Assembly: GCA_963758825.1 (NCBI GenBank)
Contig: CAVWWV010000004.1
Coordinates: 188,872 to 252,871 of the forward strand
Direction: 5' to 3'
DNA length: 64,000 bases
From: an uncultured Actinomycetota bacterium
GTDB taxonomy: Bacteria > Actinomycetota > Actinomycetes > Mycobacteriales > Mycobacteriaceae
Part shown: positions 12,508-23,833 of the stretch, one piece after another
Numbering within the stretch: the stretch's first letter is position 1
How the letters are laid out: each line of letters starts with the position of its first letter
Made by a program: the position numbers and the translations under genes
The notes under the pieces: model-generated
Told to the model about the DNA's origin: nothing
Seen by the model: the letters and a program-made list of their open reading frames with translations, nothing else
Databases searched by the model: none

Positions 12508-14679
12508 ATGATGACCCTCGCCCCTCCCCGTCCGGCGCTGGTTACCGCGGGCGTCCCCGGCACGAGGGCGTCGGCGGCCGACCGCAAGTCCGGCTTCTAC
12601 CGCCACGACCTCGACGGCCTGCGTGGAGTCGCAATTGCCCTGGTTGCGGTGTTCCACGTCTGGTTCGGCCGGGTATCGGGCGGTGTCGACGTGTTTCTCG
12701 CACTCTCGGGCTTCTTCTTCGGCGGCCGGCTGCTGCGGACCGCGCTGACACCCGGTGCGTCGCTGTGGCCCGTCCCAGAAGTCACCCGGTTGGTTCGCCG
12801 GTTGCTGCCCGCCCTTGTCGTGGTGCTCGCCGCGTCGGCCGTCCTGACGATTCTCATTCAACCGGAAACACGCTGGGAAACGTTTGCTGACCAGAGCCTG
12901 GCAAGCCTCGGCTATTTCCAGAACTGGGAGCTGGCGAACACCGCTGCGGACTATCTGCGCGCCGGCGAAGCCGTCAGCCCGCTTCAGCACATCTGGTCGA
13001 TGTCGGTCCAAGGCCAGTTCTACATAAGCTTTCTCGCGTTGGTTTTCCTGTTCGCCCTGCTGTTCCGCAAGCTCTTCATGGCGCACATGCGAGCAGCACT
13101 TGTCGTGCTGCTCAGCGCACTGACCATCGCATCGTTCGTGTACGCAGTATTTGCTCACAACGCCGACCAGTCGACGGCGTACTACAACAGCTTCGCGCGA
13201 GGGTGGGAACTGCTGCTCGGCGCTCTGGTCGGCGCGCTCGTCGGGTACATCCGCTGGCCCATGTGGCTGCGGTCGACGGTCGCGGTGGTCGCATTGGCCG
13301 CGATTCTGTCCTGCGGTGCGCTGATCGACGGGGTCAAGCAGTTTCCCGGCCCGTGGGCGCTCGTGCCCGTCGGCGCCACCATGCTGTTCATCCTCACCGG
13401 CGCCAACCGGCTTGCCGATCCGCACACCGGCGGCAAGCTGCCCTTACCCAACCGGCTGCTGGCCTCCAAGTCGTTCGTGTGGCTCGGGTCGATCGCCTAC
13501 TCGCTCTACCTCTGGCACTGGCCCCTGCTGATTTTCTGGCTGGTGTACTCGGACCGCCAGCACGCCGGCTTCGCCGACGGCGCGGGCGTGCTGCTGGTGT
13601 CGGTACTGCTCGCGTACCTGACCACCAAATACGTGGAAAATCCGCTGCGCTACCGGTCCGCGGGCGCCGCCATCGGTCCGTCGGTGAAGATTCCGCTGCG
13701 TACCCGGCTGCGCAGGCCGACGATCGTGCTGGGCTCGATCGTGGCCGCCCTGGGGGTGGCGCTCACCGCGACCTCGTTCACGTGGCGCGAGCACATCCTC
13801 GTCCAGCGGGCGAACGCCGAGGGCCTCGGCACCCTGGAATCCCTCGACTACCCGGGAGCGCACGCACTGCTCGACAACGCGCCGGTCCCGGATGCGCCCA
13901 TGCGGCCGACGGTGCTCGAGGCCAAGGAGGATCTGCCCGAAACCACCGAGGACGGATGCATCAGCGACTTCGACAGCGTCGAGGTCATCACATGCAGCTA
14001 CGGCGACCAGTCGGCGACTCACACCATCGCGCTGGCAGGCGGCTCACACGCCGAGCATTGGATCACCGCGCTCGACCTGTTGGGCAAGAAGCGCCACTTC
14101 AAGGTGACGACCTACCTGAAGATGGGCTGCCCGCTGACCACCGAGGACGTCCCGCTGGTGATGGGTGACAACCGGCCCTACCCCAAATGCCACACGTGGA
14201 ACGAGGCGGTGATGAAGAAGATCGTCGCCGACCATCCCGATTACGTGTTCACCACTGCCACCCGGCCGTGGAACATCAAGCCCGGCGACGTGATGCCGGG
14301 CACCTATGTTGGGATTTGGCAAACGTTGTCGGACAACAATATTCCGATCCTGGCGATGCGCGATACGCCGTGGCTGGTGCGGAAGAGCCAGCCGTTCTTC
14401 CCCGCCGACTGCCTGGCCGACGGCGGCAACGGCATCTCGTGCGGGATCAGACGCTCCGACGTGCTCGCCACGACTAATCCCACCCTGGTCTGGGTGGATC
14501 GGTTCCCGTTGCTGAAGCCGCTGGATCTCAGCGATGCGGTGTGCCGCAGGGACGTATGTCGCGCGGTGGAGGGAAACGTGCTGATCTACCACGATTCCCA
14601 CCACATCTCGAAGACCTACATGCGCACGATGTCCGATGAGCTGGGCCGCCAGATCGGGGCCGCCACCCACTGGTGGTGA
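12508..14679 (+). CDS. sucT: Acyltransferase-3 + SGNH membrane acyltransferase (Rv1565c/SucT-like arabinan succinyltransferase)
   Basis: [31 protein letters not shown]-terminal GGSHA...DSHH; position between bioA and treX. Confidence 0.8.
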   Translation: MMTLAPPRPALVTAGVPGTRASAADRKSGFYRHDLDGLRGVAIALVAVFHVWFGRVSGGVDVFLALSGFFFGGRLLRTALTPGASLWPVPEVTRLVRRLLPALVVVLAASAVLTILIQPETRWETFADQSLASLGYFQNWELANTAADYLRAGEAVSPLQHIWSMSVQGQFYISFLALVFLFALLFRKLFMAHMRAALVVLLSALTIASFVYAVFAHNADQSTAYYNSFARGWELLLGALVGALVGYIRWPMWLRSTVAVVALAAILSCGALIDGVKQFPGPWALVPVGATMLFILTGANRLADPHTGGKLPLPNRLLASKSFVWLGSIAYSLYLWHWPLLIFWLVYSDRQHAGFADGAGVLLVSVLLAYLTTKYVENPLRYRSAGAAIGPSVKIPLRTRLRRPTIVLGSIVAALGVALTATSFTWREHILVQRANAEGLGTLESLDYPGAHALLDNAPVPDAPMRPTVLEAKEDLPETTEDGCISDFDSVEVITCSYGDQSATHTIALAGGSHAEHWITALDLLGKKRHFKVTTYLKMGCPLTTEDVPLVMGDNRPYPKCHTWNEAVMKKIVADHPDYVFTTATRPWNIKPGDVMPGTYVGIWQTLSDNNIPILAMRDTPWLVRKSQPFFPADCLADGGNGISCGIRRSDVLATTNPTLVWVDRFPLLKPLDLSDAVCRRDVCRAVEGNVLIYHDSHHISKTYMRTMSDELGRQIGAATHWW

Positions 14680-14716
14680 CTGCCGCGCATCGGACCTACG
14701 GCGCCGATAAGGTCGG

Positions 14717-16853
14717 ATGATGTCTTCGACGACGGTGTGGCCAGGCAGTCCGTATCCGCTCGGCGCCACCTACGACGGCGCGGGCACCAATTTCTCGCTG
14801 TTTTCCGAGGTCGCCGAAAAGGTCGAGCTGTGCCTGATCGCCAAGGACGGCTCCGAGGAGCGGATCGACCTCGACGAGGTGGACGGCTACGTCTGGCACG
14901 CCTATCTGCCGACGGTGACACCGGGACAGCGCTACGGCTTCCGGGTCCACGGGCCGTGGGATCCGGCCGCAGGCCATCGATGCGACGCGAGCAAGCTGCT
15001 GCTCGACCCGTACGGGAAGTCGTTCCACGGCGACTTCGAGTTCACCCAGGCGCTGTACTCCTATGACCTCAAGGCTGATGATCTCGCGTCAGGCGGCACG
15101 CCGCCGGAGATCGACTCGCTCGGCCACACCATGACCAGCGTCGTCATCAACCCGTACTTCGACTGGGCGTCCGATCGCGCCCCTCGCACGCCCTACCACG
15201 AGACCGTCATCTACGAGGCGCACGTCAAGGGGCTCACCCAGACCCATCCCGCCATTCCCGAGGAACAGCGCGGCACCTACGCCGGCTTGGCGCACCCCGC
15301 CGTCATCGACCACCTCAAGTCGCTCAACGTCACCGCGATCGAACTGATGCCGGTACACCAGTTCATGCATGATCACCGACTGATCGACCTGGGACTGCGG
15401 AATTACTGGGGCTACAACACGTTCGGCTTCTTGGCGCCGCATTACCAGTACTCGTCCAGCAGGCACGCCGGTGGTGCCGTCGCCGAATTCAAGACCATGG
15501 TGCGGACCTTCCACGAGGCGGGCATCGAGGTGATACTCGATGTGGTCTACAACCACACCGCCGAGGGCAACCACCTCGGACCGACCATCAACTTCCGCGG
15601 CATCGACAACGCCGCCTACTACCGGCTGATGGACGACGATCTGCGGCTGTACCGCGACTTCACCGGCACCGGAAACAGTCTCAACCCCCGGCATCCGCAC
15701 ACCCTGCAGCTGATCATGGACTCGCTTCGGTACTGGGTGATCGACATGCACGTCGACGGTTTCCGCTTCGACCTGGCTTCGGCGCTGGCCCGCGAGTTCT
15801 ACGAGGTCGACCGACTCTCAGCGTTTTTCGACCTGGTCCAGCAAGATCCCGTGATCAGCCAGGTGAAGCTGATCGCCGAGCCGTGGGACGTCGGCGAGGG
15901 CGGCTACCAGGTCGGCAATTTTCCAGGTTTGTGGACCGAGTGGAACGGGAAGTATCGCGACACTGTGCGCGACTACTGGCGGGGCGAACCCGCGACCCTC
16001 GGCGAATTCGCCTCCCGGCTGACCGGTTCATCGGACCTCTACGAGGCCACCGGGCGGCGGCCGAGCGCGAGCATCAACTTCGTGACGTGCCATGACGGCT
16101 TCCCGCTGAACGACCTGGTGTCCTACAACGAGAAGCACAACGAGGCCAACGGCGAGGACAACCGCGACGGCGAGAGCCACAACCGGTCGTGGAACTGCGG
16201 TGTCGAGGGTCCGACCGACGACCCGGACATCCTGGCGCTGCGCGGCAAGCAGATGCGCAACATCATCGGCACGCTGATGTTGTCCCAGGGCACCCCGATG
16301 CTGTCGCACGGCGACGAGATCGGACGCACCCAGAAGGGCAACAACAACGTCTACTGCCAGGACTCCGAACTCAGCTGGATGGACTGGTCGATGTGCGAGA
16401 CCAACGCCGACCAGTTGGCGTTCACCCGCAAGGTCACCGAGCTGCGAAAGAAACACCCGGTGTTCCGTCGCCGTCGGTTCTTCGAGGGCAAGCCGATCCG
16501 CACCGGCGACCAGGCCCGCGACATCGCGTGGCTGACTCCGGCGGGCAGCGAGATGACACCCGAAGACTGGGGTACCGGACTCGGCAAGTGCGTGGCGGTG
16601 TTCCTCAACGGCGACGCCATCCCGACACCCGATGAGCGCGGTGCAGCGGGTGGTCGACGATTCGTTCCTGCTGTGCTTCAACGCACACGATCAGGAACAG
16701 GATTTCGTTGCCCCGAAACTCGCCTACGCGCGCGAGTGGACCGCCGAATTCGACACGGCCGACCCGCAAGGCGACACCGATGTCGTGGTCGCGGCGGGCG
16801 AGAAGATCTCGCTGCATCCCCGGTCGCTTCTAGTGCTCCGAAAGACCGCCTGA
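14717..16853 (+). CDS. glgX: Glycogen debranching enzyme GlgX/TreX; apparent frameshift near 16635
   Basis: YPLGAT, NYWGY, VDGFRFDLA, IAEPWD; the C-terminus VVDDSFLLCFNAH lies in the 16632-16853 frame. Confidence 0.93.
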
Positions 16854-16856
16854 CAC

Positions 16857-19142
16857 ATGGCTTTTCCTGTCTTGTCGACGTATCGACTCCAGATGCGCGG
16901 CGACGGTTTCACCTTCGCCGACGCCGAGGACCTCCTGCCCTATCTCGATGATCTCGGAGTCTCGCATCTCTACCTGTCTCCGATCCTGACCGCGACACGC
17001 GGCTCGACGCACGGGTACGACGTCACCGACCCGACCACGGTGTCGGCTGAGCTCGGCGGTGCCGAAGGGTTGGCCCGGCTGTCGGCGGCGGCACGGTCGC
17101 GCGGTATGGGTCTGATCGTCGACATCGTTCCCAATCACCTCGGCGTCGACGCGCCCGAGCAGAACAAATATTGGTGGGACGTCCTCAAACACGGTCGCGA
17201 CTCGGCTTTCTCCTCGTTCTTCGATATCGACTGGACGCTGGACGACGGCCGAATCGTGTTGCCGGTTCTGGGTTCCGACGGCGATGTCGACGACCTCGTG
17301 GTGGACGGCGACGTACTGCGCCTCGGCGACCTCGGTTATCCCATCGCACCGGGGACCGGCTCGGGCACCGGCCGCGAGGTGCACGATCGTCAGCATTACC
17401 GCCTCATCGGCTGGCGCAGCGGGATATGCGGCTACCGCCGGTTCTTCTCGATCACCTCGCTGGCCGGGCTGAGGCAAGAGGACCGCGCCGTTTTCGATGC
17501 CACCCATGTCGAGGTGAAGCGCTGGTTCGACGAAGGCCTGGTGGACGGCCTTCGTATCGACCATCCGGATGGATTATCCGATCCCGCAGGCTATTTGAGG
17601 TGGCTGCGCGAGATCACCGGACCGGACGCCTGGATCGTCATCGAGAAGATCCTCGCCGTCGACGAGCCGCTGGATCCGAGCCTGCCCGTGGCAGGCACGA
17701 CGGGATACGACGCCCTGCGCGAGACCGGCGGGTTGTTCATCGATCCCGCAGGCGCAGGCCCGCTCACCGACCTCGTCGACTCGACCGGATCGCCGTACGG
17801 CGAAATGCCGGAGCTGGCGCGGTCACTCAAGGTCCGCGCCGTCACCGACACCCTCGCGAGCGAGTTGGGACGGCTCTGCCGGGCGATCGGCGCCGAGTCC
17901 GGCCTGACCCATCCGGATCTTGGTGACGCAGTCGCGGCCCTACTCAGTCGGATCCACGTGTACCGCTCGGACTATCAGAACCTGTCGTTGGTGCTGCCCA
18001 TCGCGCTGGCCGAAACCGTCGGGGCGCGGCCTGATCTGGCCGAACCTCTCGCCATCGTCGCCACCGCGGTGGGCGATGGCGGCGAGTCGGCCGTCCGCCT
18101 TCAGCAGTTGTGCGGGGCGGCCACCGCGAAGTCGATGGAGGACTGCCTGTTCTACCGTGACGCACGCCTGGTTTCACTGAACGAGGTCGGCGGCGAGCCC
18201 GACCGCTTCGGGGTGAGCCTCGCCGAATTTCATCAGCGGGCGCAGGTACGCGCCGACATGTGGCCTGCGGCCATGACGGCGTTGACCACACACGACACCA
18301 AGCGCGGCGAGGACGTGCGGGCCCGGATCGGCGTGCTGTCGCAGGTGCCGTCGCTGTGGGCGCAGTACGTCCGCGCATGGGAACACCGTCTATCACCGCC
18401 GGACCAGGCGACCGGCTTGTTCCTGTGGCAGAACATCTTCGGCGTTTGGCCTGTCGACGGCACCGTCACCGATGAGCTACGCGGGCGTCTACACGGATAC
18501 GCGGACAAGGCGATTCGCGAAGCCGCCGTGCACACGACGTGGAATGACCCCGACGCAGAATTCGAGCAGAAGGTGCATGCCTGGATCGACGAACTGATCG
18601 ACGGGCCGCTGGCCACCGAGCTGACCTCGCTGCTGGCGCAGCTCGACAAGCACGCCCGCAGCGACAGCCTCGGCCAGAAACTCATTCAGCTGACCGCACC
18701 CGGCGTCCCGGATGTTTACCAGGGCACCGAGTTGTGGGACGACAGCCTGGTCGATCCGGACAATCGACGGCCGGTGAATTATCCGATCAGGCGCGCAGCA
18801 CTGGACGCCGCCAGCGATCCCAAGCTCCGCGTGGTGAACGCCGCGCTGCGCCTGCGTCGCGAAAAGCCCGCCGCCTTCGTCGGCGGTCGCTACCGGCCGC
18901 TGCTCGCCCAGGGCTCGGCCTCCGCGCATGTGGCGGCCTTCCTCCGCGGATCCGACGTGATAACCGCGGCGACCCGGCATTCCATCCGGCTCGCCGAAAC
19001 AGGCTGGGATAACACGCTTCTGCCCCTTCCCGCCGGAACATGGCAGGACCGCCTCGGCGCAGGCCGGTTCAGTGGGCAGGTCTCCCCCGCCGACCTGTTC
19101 TCCGAACTGCCCGTCGCGCTGTTGGAGCGCATCGATGACTGA
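16857..19142 (+). CDS. treY: Maltooligosyl trehalose synthase
   Basis: STYRLQ, GSTHGYDV, GLRIDHPDGL, THDTKRGED, SLVDPDNRRP. Confidence 0.95.
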   Translation: MAFPVLSTYRLQMRGDGFTFADAEDLLPYLDDLGVSHLYLSPILTATRGSTHGYDVTDPTTVSAELGGAEGLARLSAAARSRGMGLIVDIVPNHLGVDAPEQNKYWWDVLKHGRDSAFSSFFDIDWTLDDGRIVLPVLGSDGDVDDLVVDGDVLRLGDLGYPIAPGTGSGTGREVHDRQHYRLIGWRSGICGYRRFFSITSLAGLRQEDRAVFDATHVEVKRWFDEGLVDGLRIDHPDGLSDPAGYLRWLREITGPDAWIVIEKILAVDEPLDPSLPVAGTTGYDALRETGGLFIDPAGAGPLTDLVDSTGSPYGEMPELARSLKVRAVTDTLASELGRLCRAIGAESGLTHPDLGDAVAALLSRIHVYRSDYQNLSLVLPIALAETVGARPDLAEPLAIVATAVGDGGESAVRLQQLCGAATAKSMEDCLFYRDARLVSLNEVGGEPDRFGVSLAEFHQRAQVRADMWPAAMTALTTHDTKRGEDVRARIGVLSQVPSLWAQYVRAWEHRLSPPDQATGLFLWQNIFGVWPVDGTVTDELRGRLHGYADKAIREAAVHTTWNDPDAEFEQKVHAWIDELIDGPLATELTSLLAQLDKHARSDSLGQKLIQLTAPGVPDVYQGTELWDDSLVDPDNRRPVNYPIRRAALDAASDPKLRVVNAALRLRREKPAAFVGGRYRPLLAQGSASAHVAAFLRGSDVITAATRHSIRLAETGWDNTLLPLPAGTWQDRLGAGRFSGQVSPADLFSELPVALLERIDD

Positions 19143-20865
19143 GTTCGCGGTGTGGGCGCCACGGCCCGAGCGGGTACAACTCGACGTCGACGGCACGGTG
19201 TACCCGATGACGCGATCCGACGACGGTTGGTGGCGCGCAGACGTCGACACCGCACCCGACGCCCGATACGGGTTCCTTCTCGACGACGACCCGAAGGTCC
19301 TGCCGGACCCCAGGTCGGCGCGACAGCCCGACGGCGTGCACGAACGCTCGCAGCTGTGGCGTCCGGCCCCCGACGCGTGGAGCGACGCCGACTGGAAAGG
19401 CCGCTCGATCGAGGGTGGCGCCATCTATGAACTGCACATCGGCACATTCACCGCAGAGGGCACCTTCGACTCAGCCATCGAAAAGCTGGACTACCTCGTC
19501 GATCTCGGTGTCGACTTCGTCGAGATCATGCCGGTCAACGCATTCGGCGGCACACACGGCTGGGGCTACGACGGTGTGCTCTGGTACGCCGTGCACGAGC
19601 CGTACGGTGGCCCCGACGGCTTGGTGCGGCTGATAGATGCCTGCCACAACCGCGGCCTCGGGGTGCTCATCGATGCGGTCTTCAATCACCTCGGTCCGTC
19701 CGGGAACTATCTGCCGAAGTTCGGGCCCTACCTGTCGACCGGCAGCAACCCGTGGGGCGAGGGCATCAACATCGCCGATGCCGACGCCGACGAAGTACGG
19801 CGGTACATCATCGACTGCGCACTGCGCTGGATGCGCGACTTCCACGCCGACGGTCTACGACTCGACGCCGTGCACGCGTTGGTGGACACGACGGCGATCC
19901 ACATCCTCGAGGAGCTGGCCCGCGAAACTCAGTCGTTGGCAGCGGAGTTGGGGCGACCGCTGTCGCTGATAGCCGAGAGCGACAAGAACGACCCTCGGCT
20001 GATCACCCCGCTCGACCAGGGCGGCTACGGGATGACCGCGCAGTGGGACGACGATATCCATCACGCGATTCACGCTGCGGTGTCGGGGGAACGGCAGGGC
20101 TACTACGGCGATTTCGGGTCGCTCCAGACGCTGGCGCAGACACTCAAGCACGGGTATTTCCATGCAGGCACATACTCATCGTTCCGGCATCGGCGTCACG
20201 GCCGCGAGCTGGACACCGCGACAATCCCGGCCACCCGGCTGCTGGCCTACACGCTGACGCACGACCAGGTGGGCAACCGCGCCATCGGCGACCGGCCCTC
20301 GCAGAACCTGACCACTGGCCAACTGGCTGTCAAGGCCGCGCTTGCACTCGGATCGCCCTATACGGCAATGCTTTTCATGGGTGAGGAGTGGGGTTCGTCG
20401 AGCCCGTTCCAGTTCTTCAGCAGCCATCCCGAGCCCGAGTTGGCCAGGGCCACCGCCGAGGGTCGCAAGCGGGAATTCGCCGAACATGGTTGGGACGCCG
20501 ACGAAATCCCGGATCCGCAGGACCCCGAGACGTTCCTTCGGTCCAAACTGAAGTGGGACGAGATCGACGAGGGCGACCACGGTCGTTTGCGGCGCGTCTA
20601 CCGCGGGCTGTTGGCGCTGCGACACACTGATCCCGACATGGCCGACCCGTGGTTGGACGACATGACGGTCGACTTCGATGAAGACCAGCGCTGGATCGTC
20701 ATGCACCGGGGTTCACTGGCGATCGCATGCAATCTGAACGTCGACGACGTGGTGGTCCCAGTCGGCGGCGAGGTGGTCCTGGCATGGGGCGACCCGAGCG
20801 TGGATGGCGAACGCACGCGACTGGCCGGGCATTCTTTCGCAATTACGCGAGGTGTCAACCGCTGA
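19135..20865 (+). CDS. treZ: Maltooligosyl trehalose trehalohydrolase
   Basis: MTEFAVWAP, YELHIGTFT, WGYDG, DGLRLDAVH, HDQVGNR. Confidence 0.95.
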   Translation: MTEFAVWAPRPERVQLDVDGTVYPMTRSDDGWWRADVDTAPDARYGFLLDDDPKVLPDPRSARQPDGVHERSQLWRPAPDAWSDADWKGRSIEGGAIYELHIGTFTAEGTFDSAIEKLDYLVDLGVDFVEIMPVNAFGGTHGWGYDGVLWYAVHEPYGGPDGLVRLIDACHNRGLGVLIDAVFNHLGPSGNYLPKFGPYLSTGSNPWGEGINIADADADEVRRYIIDCALRWMRDFHADGLRLDAVHALVDTTAIHILEELARETQSLAAELGRPLSLIAESDKNDPRLITPLDQGGYGMTAQWDDDIHHAIHAAVSGERQGYYGDFGSLQTLAQTLKHGYFHAGTYSSFRHRRHGRELDTATIPATRLLAYTLTHDQVGNRAIGDRPSQNLTTGQLAVKAALALGSPYTAMLFMGEEWGSSSPFQFFSSHPEPELARATAEGRKREFAEHGWDADEIPDPQDPETFLRSKLKWDEIDEGDHGRLRRVYRGLLALRHTDPDMADPWLDDMTVDFDEDQRWIVMHRGSLAIACNLNVDDVVVPVGGEVVLAWGDPSVDGERTRLAGHSFAITRGVNR

Positions 20866-20891
20866 TCCACAGCAGGGGTGCACCTGTGGAT
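20865..20891. repeat. Inverted repeat ATCCACAG-N11-CTGTGGAT directly after the treZ stop
   Basis: Seen directly; possible terminator stem or protein-binding site. Confidence 0.45.
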
Positions 20892-20933
20892 AGCTCACAT
20901 CCTGTGGTCGTTGTCGACGCTCATGATGCGTGT

Positions 20934-21470
20934 ATGACTCACAGCGAATTGCTGCCCATTCCGCCGCTGGAATCCGCCACCGATCCCGTGCATTCGCCCG
21001 CCGATCTCCGACAACGGTGGCGGGCACTCATGGGTCCGCTCGGGTTCGGCCAACGACTGCTGTGGGTCGGCTTCGTAGCCTGCGACCGACGGCTGTACAA
21101 GACCATGACCCAGATTCCGATGCCGCCCTTTCCTCGTCGGGACTACGTCGACGACGTCCTGGTTCGACTGCACTGGATCCTTTATGAGTTCGAACCCGAA
21201 ACCACTGCGGCGCTTCTGATAACACGACCAGGCGTCGGCGGTGTCTCGGATTTGGACCGGCAGTGGGCGGCGCTTCTGACCGAAGTCGCCGCCAAGCGGG
21301 ACCTTCCGCTGGAGCCCATCTTTCGTGCGAACGATGAATGCGTCGTTCAGGTCGAAGGGCCGGTCAGAGAAGATAGCGGTACGCCGGCGAACCGGGCTCC
21401 AGCGTCTCGACGTGAATGTCCGACGCCTTCATCCGTTCGAGCAGACCGTCGAGGTCGGCCGCGGAGCTGA
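20934..21470 (+). CDS. Conserved actinobacterial hypothetical protein
   Basis: PVHSPADLRQRWRALMGPLGF...LLITRPG reads as protein; 3' end overlaps ilvA and is uncertain. Confidence 0.6.
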   Translation: MTHSELLPIPPLESATDPVHSPADLRQRWRALMGPLGFGQRLLWVGFVACDRRLYKTMTQIPMPPFPRRDYVDDVLVRLHWILYEFEPETTAALLITRPGVGGVSDLDRQWAALLTEVAAKRDLPLEPIFRANDECVVQVEGPVREDSGTPANRAPASRRECPTPSSVRADRRGRPRS

Positions 21471-22647
21471 GTTCGACGCCGACCAGCGCCTCGCCGGTCT
21501 CCCGGTTGTTGCGTTTGACGTACTCGAACAACGTGATGTCGTCGCCCGGGCCGAGGATGGTGTCCAAAAACCGCCGCAGCGCGCCCGGCTCCTGCGGGAA
21601 GTCGACCAGGAAGTAGTGCTTGAGCCCGAGGTGCACCAGCGACCGCTCGAGGATCTCGCCGTACCGCGACACATCGTTGTTGCCGCCCGAGATCAGGCAC
21701 ACCACAGTGGATCCCGGCGCGATCTCGGCCTCCAACAACGCGGCAACCGACAGCGCCCCCGCCGGTTCGGCGATGATGCCCTCGTTCTGATACAGGTCGA
21801 GCATGGCCGTGCACACCGCGCCCTCGTCAACGGCGGTCAGCGACACCATGTCTCCCGCCGCGGCAAGGGTGGCGTAGGTCAGTTCTCCGGCTCGATTGAC
21901 CGCGGCGCCGTCGACGAACTGGTCGACGTGTTCGAGGGTGACGGGGTGTCCCTCGGCGAGCGCGGCGATCATCGCCGCCGCGCCTGCGGGCTCGACGCCC
22001 AGCACCGAAGTCCGGGTGGCCCGTTCTGCGAGATAGGCGGTGATGCCCGAAATGCAACCGCCCCCGCCGACGGGCACGATCACCAGGTCCGGTTCGCCGT
22101 CGAGTTGATCGAGTAGTTCGACGGCGATGGTGCCCTGCCCGGCGATCGTGCGGGGGTCGTCATACGGGGGAACCAAGGTGGCGCCGGTGCGCGCGACGTC
22201 GTCAAGCGCGGCGGCGGCGGCTTCGTCGTAGGTCTTCCCGACGGCGATCAACTCGATGAACTCGCGCCCGTGGTAGCGGATGCGGTCGCGTTTCTGCTTC
22301 GGCGTCTTGGCGGGGACGTAGACCCGGCCGCGGATGCCCATCGATCGGCATGCCATCGCGAAACCCTGCGCGTGGTTGCCCGCCGACGAGCACACCACGC
22401 CCGCGGCGATCTCGTCGGCCGAGAGCTGCCGCAGCAGGTTGTTGGCTCCGCGCAATTTGTACGAGCGGACCGCCTGGAGGTCCTCGCGCTTCAGGTACAC
22501 GGTCGCGCCGACGGCTTCCGAAAGCCGTTCGCTGAGCTGCAACGGGGTGCGCGTGACCACGTCGGAAATTCGCTGAGCGGCCGCATCGATGTCGGCCGCG
22601 GATACCGGCGGCGACGTACGGGCGCTCTGGCTCAGGTCAGCGGACAC
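21364..22647 (-). CDS. ilvA: Threonine dehydratase, biosynthetic
   Basis: KREDLQAVRSYKLRGA, SAGNHAQG, PVGGGG, C-terminal regulatory domain. Confidence 0.95.
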   Translation of the reverse strand: MSADLSQSARTSPPVSAADIDAAAQRISDVVTRTPLQLSERLSEAVGATVYLKREDLQAVRSYKLRGANNLLRQLSADEIAAGVVCSSAGNHAQGFAMACRSMGIRGRVYVPAKTPKQKRDRIRYHGREFIELIAVGKTYDEAAAAALDDVARTGATLVPPYDDPRTIAGQGTIAVELLDQLDGEPDLVIVPVGGGGCISGITAYLAERATRTSVLGVEPAGAAAMIAALAEGHPVTLEHVDQFVDGAAVNRAGELTYATLAAAGDMVSLTAVDEGAVCTAMLDLYQNEGIIAEPAGALSVAALLEAEIAPGSTVVCLISGGNNDVSRYGEILERSLVHLGLKHYFLVDFPQEPGALRRFLDTILGPGDDITLFEYVKRNNRETGEALVGVELSSAADLDGLLERMKASDIHVETLEPGSPAYRYLL

Positions 22648-22714
22648 CGATCAATGGTGACATCTCGGTGATTCCCGACCAAAACGAGTTATTTTCAGCA
22701 GAGGGCAGTGAGTT

Positions 22715-23152
22715 TCAGCTCACCCGGGTCAGCACGAAGACCGGGATCTGCCGATCGGTCTTCTTCTGGTACTCGGCGTAGTCCGGCCAGGCCTCGACGG
22801 CGCGCTCCCACCAGGTCGCCTTCTCGTCGCCGATGACCTCGCGCGCCACGTAGTCGCCGTTCACAGGGCCGTCCTGCAACTCCACCCGAGGGTTCTTCTT
22901 GACGTTGAAGTACCAGACGGGATGCTTGGGCGCTCCGCCAAGAGACGCCACCACCGCGTACTCGCCGTTGTGCTCAACCCTCATCAGCGGGGTTTTGCGA
23001 ACCTTTCCGCTCTTGGCGCCGATGGTCGTCAGCAGGATGACCGGTTTGCCCTTCAGCTCCGTGCCTTCGGTGCCCCCGGACTCCATGTACTTCTCGGCGT
23101 TCTCGCGGGCCCAGTCGGACGTGCTCGGTTCATATTCTCCGGAAAGTGGCAT
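22715..23152 (-). CDS. F420-dependent nitroreductase (Ddn family), Rv1558-like
   Basis: [44 protein letters not shown]. Confidence 0.9.
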   Translation of the reverse strand: MPLSGEYEPSTSDWARENAEKYMESGGTEGTELKGKPVILLTTIGAKSGKVRKTPLMRVEHNGEYAVVASLGGAPKHPVWYFNVKKNPRVELQDGPVNGDYVAREVIGDEKATWWERAVEAWPDYAEYQKKTDRQIPVFVLTRVS

Positions 23153-23240
23153 GCCACCAGCTTATGCCGACACGGAAACGGTCGGCCCTGATCCGGTCTT
23201 TCGGTTGCCCGAAACTTCGCTTACGAGCTATCGTGAAGCT

Positions 23241-23435
23241 ATGACGGTGCGCGACGAAGTGTTGATCGCCGGGGTGCCCTGGCCGGTGTACAAACTCGCC
23301 GCCCTCGTGATCGGTGCCGTCGTGCTCATCGGAGTGGGAGTCGTCACCGCAAGTGCTGCGCCGGCCGTCCTCACCGCAGCCGCCTCGGCCACGGCCGTGT
23401 GGCTCGGTCTGCGGGTCGCCGCGACGCGTCGCTAG
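23241..23435 (+). CDS. Small two-TM membrane protein
   Basis: MTVRDEVLIAGVPWPVYKL followed by two hydrophobic helices. Confidence 0.6.
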   Translation: MTVRDEVLIAGVPWPVYKLAALVIGAVVLIGVGVVTASAAPAVLTAAASATAVWLGLRVAATRR

Positions 23436-23833
23436 TCCTCTGCCAGCCTTCGCAACCGGTTCAGATCGGCGGCCACCGTCGCCACATCGCTTTCGAATTC
23501 CTCATCGGACATCCCGGCGCGCCGACGCACGGTGAACACCGCCTCGCAACCGGGATGACCCTCCCCGGCGGGAATCACCCGCAGCGGGTTGTACACCGAC
23601 TCCCCCGACGGCATCCGCACCACGTGATCGAGCACCCCGAACTCGTTGGCCGGCGCAAACTCGACGATGACCTCGCCCATCGGCGAATCGGCGACCCAGC
23701 CGTCGGCGGTTTGCCGCAAGCCGCCCTCCGCGAGCCCGGATGCCCAGCGAGGCAACTGCTCCGGGTCGGCGGCGATGGCGTAGGCGACTTCGGGCGCGGC
23801 GTCGATCCAGACGCTGACATGGCGGGAGGTCAT
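23432..23833 (-). CDS. SRPBCC/polyketide-cyclase-like protein
   Basis: HVSVWIDAAPE..Y..DPEQLPRWA, NEFGVLDH. Confidence 0.8.
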   Translation of the reverse strand: MTSRHVSVWIDAAPEVAYAIAADPEQLPRWASGLAEGGLRQTADGWVADSPMGEVIVEFAPANEFGVLDHVVRMPSGESVYNPLRVIPAGEGHPGCEAVFTVRRRAGMSDEEFESDVATVAADLNRLRRLAED

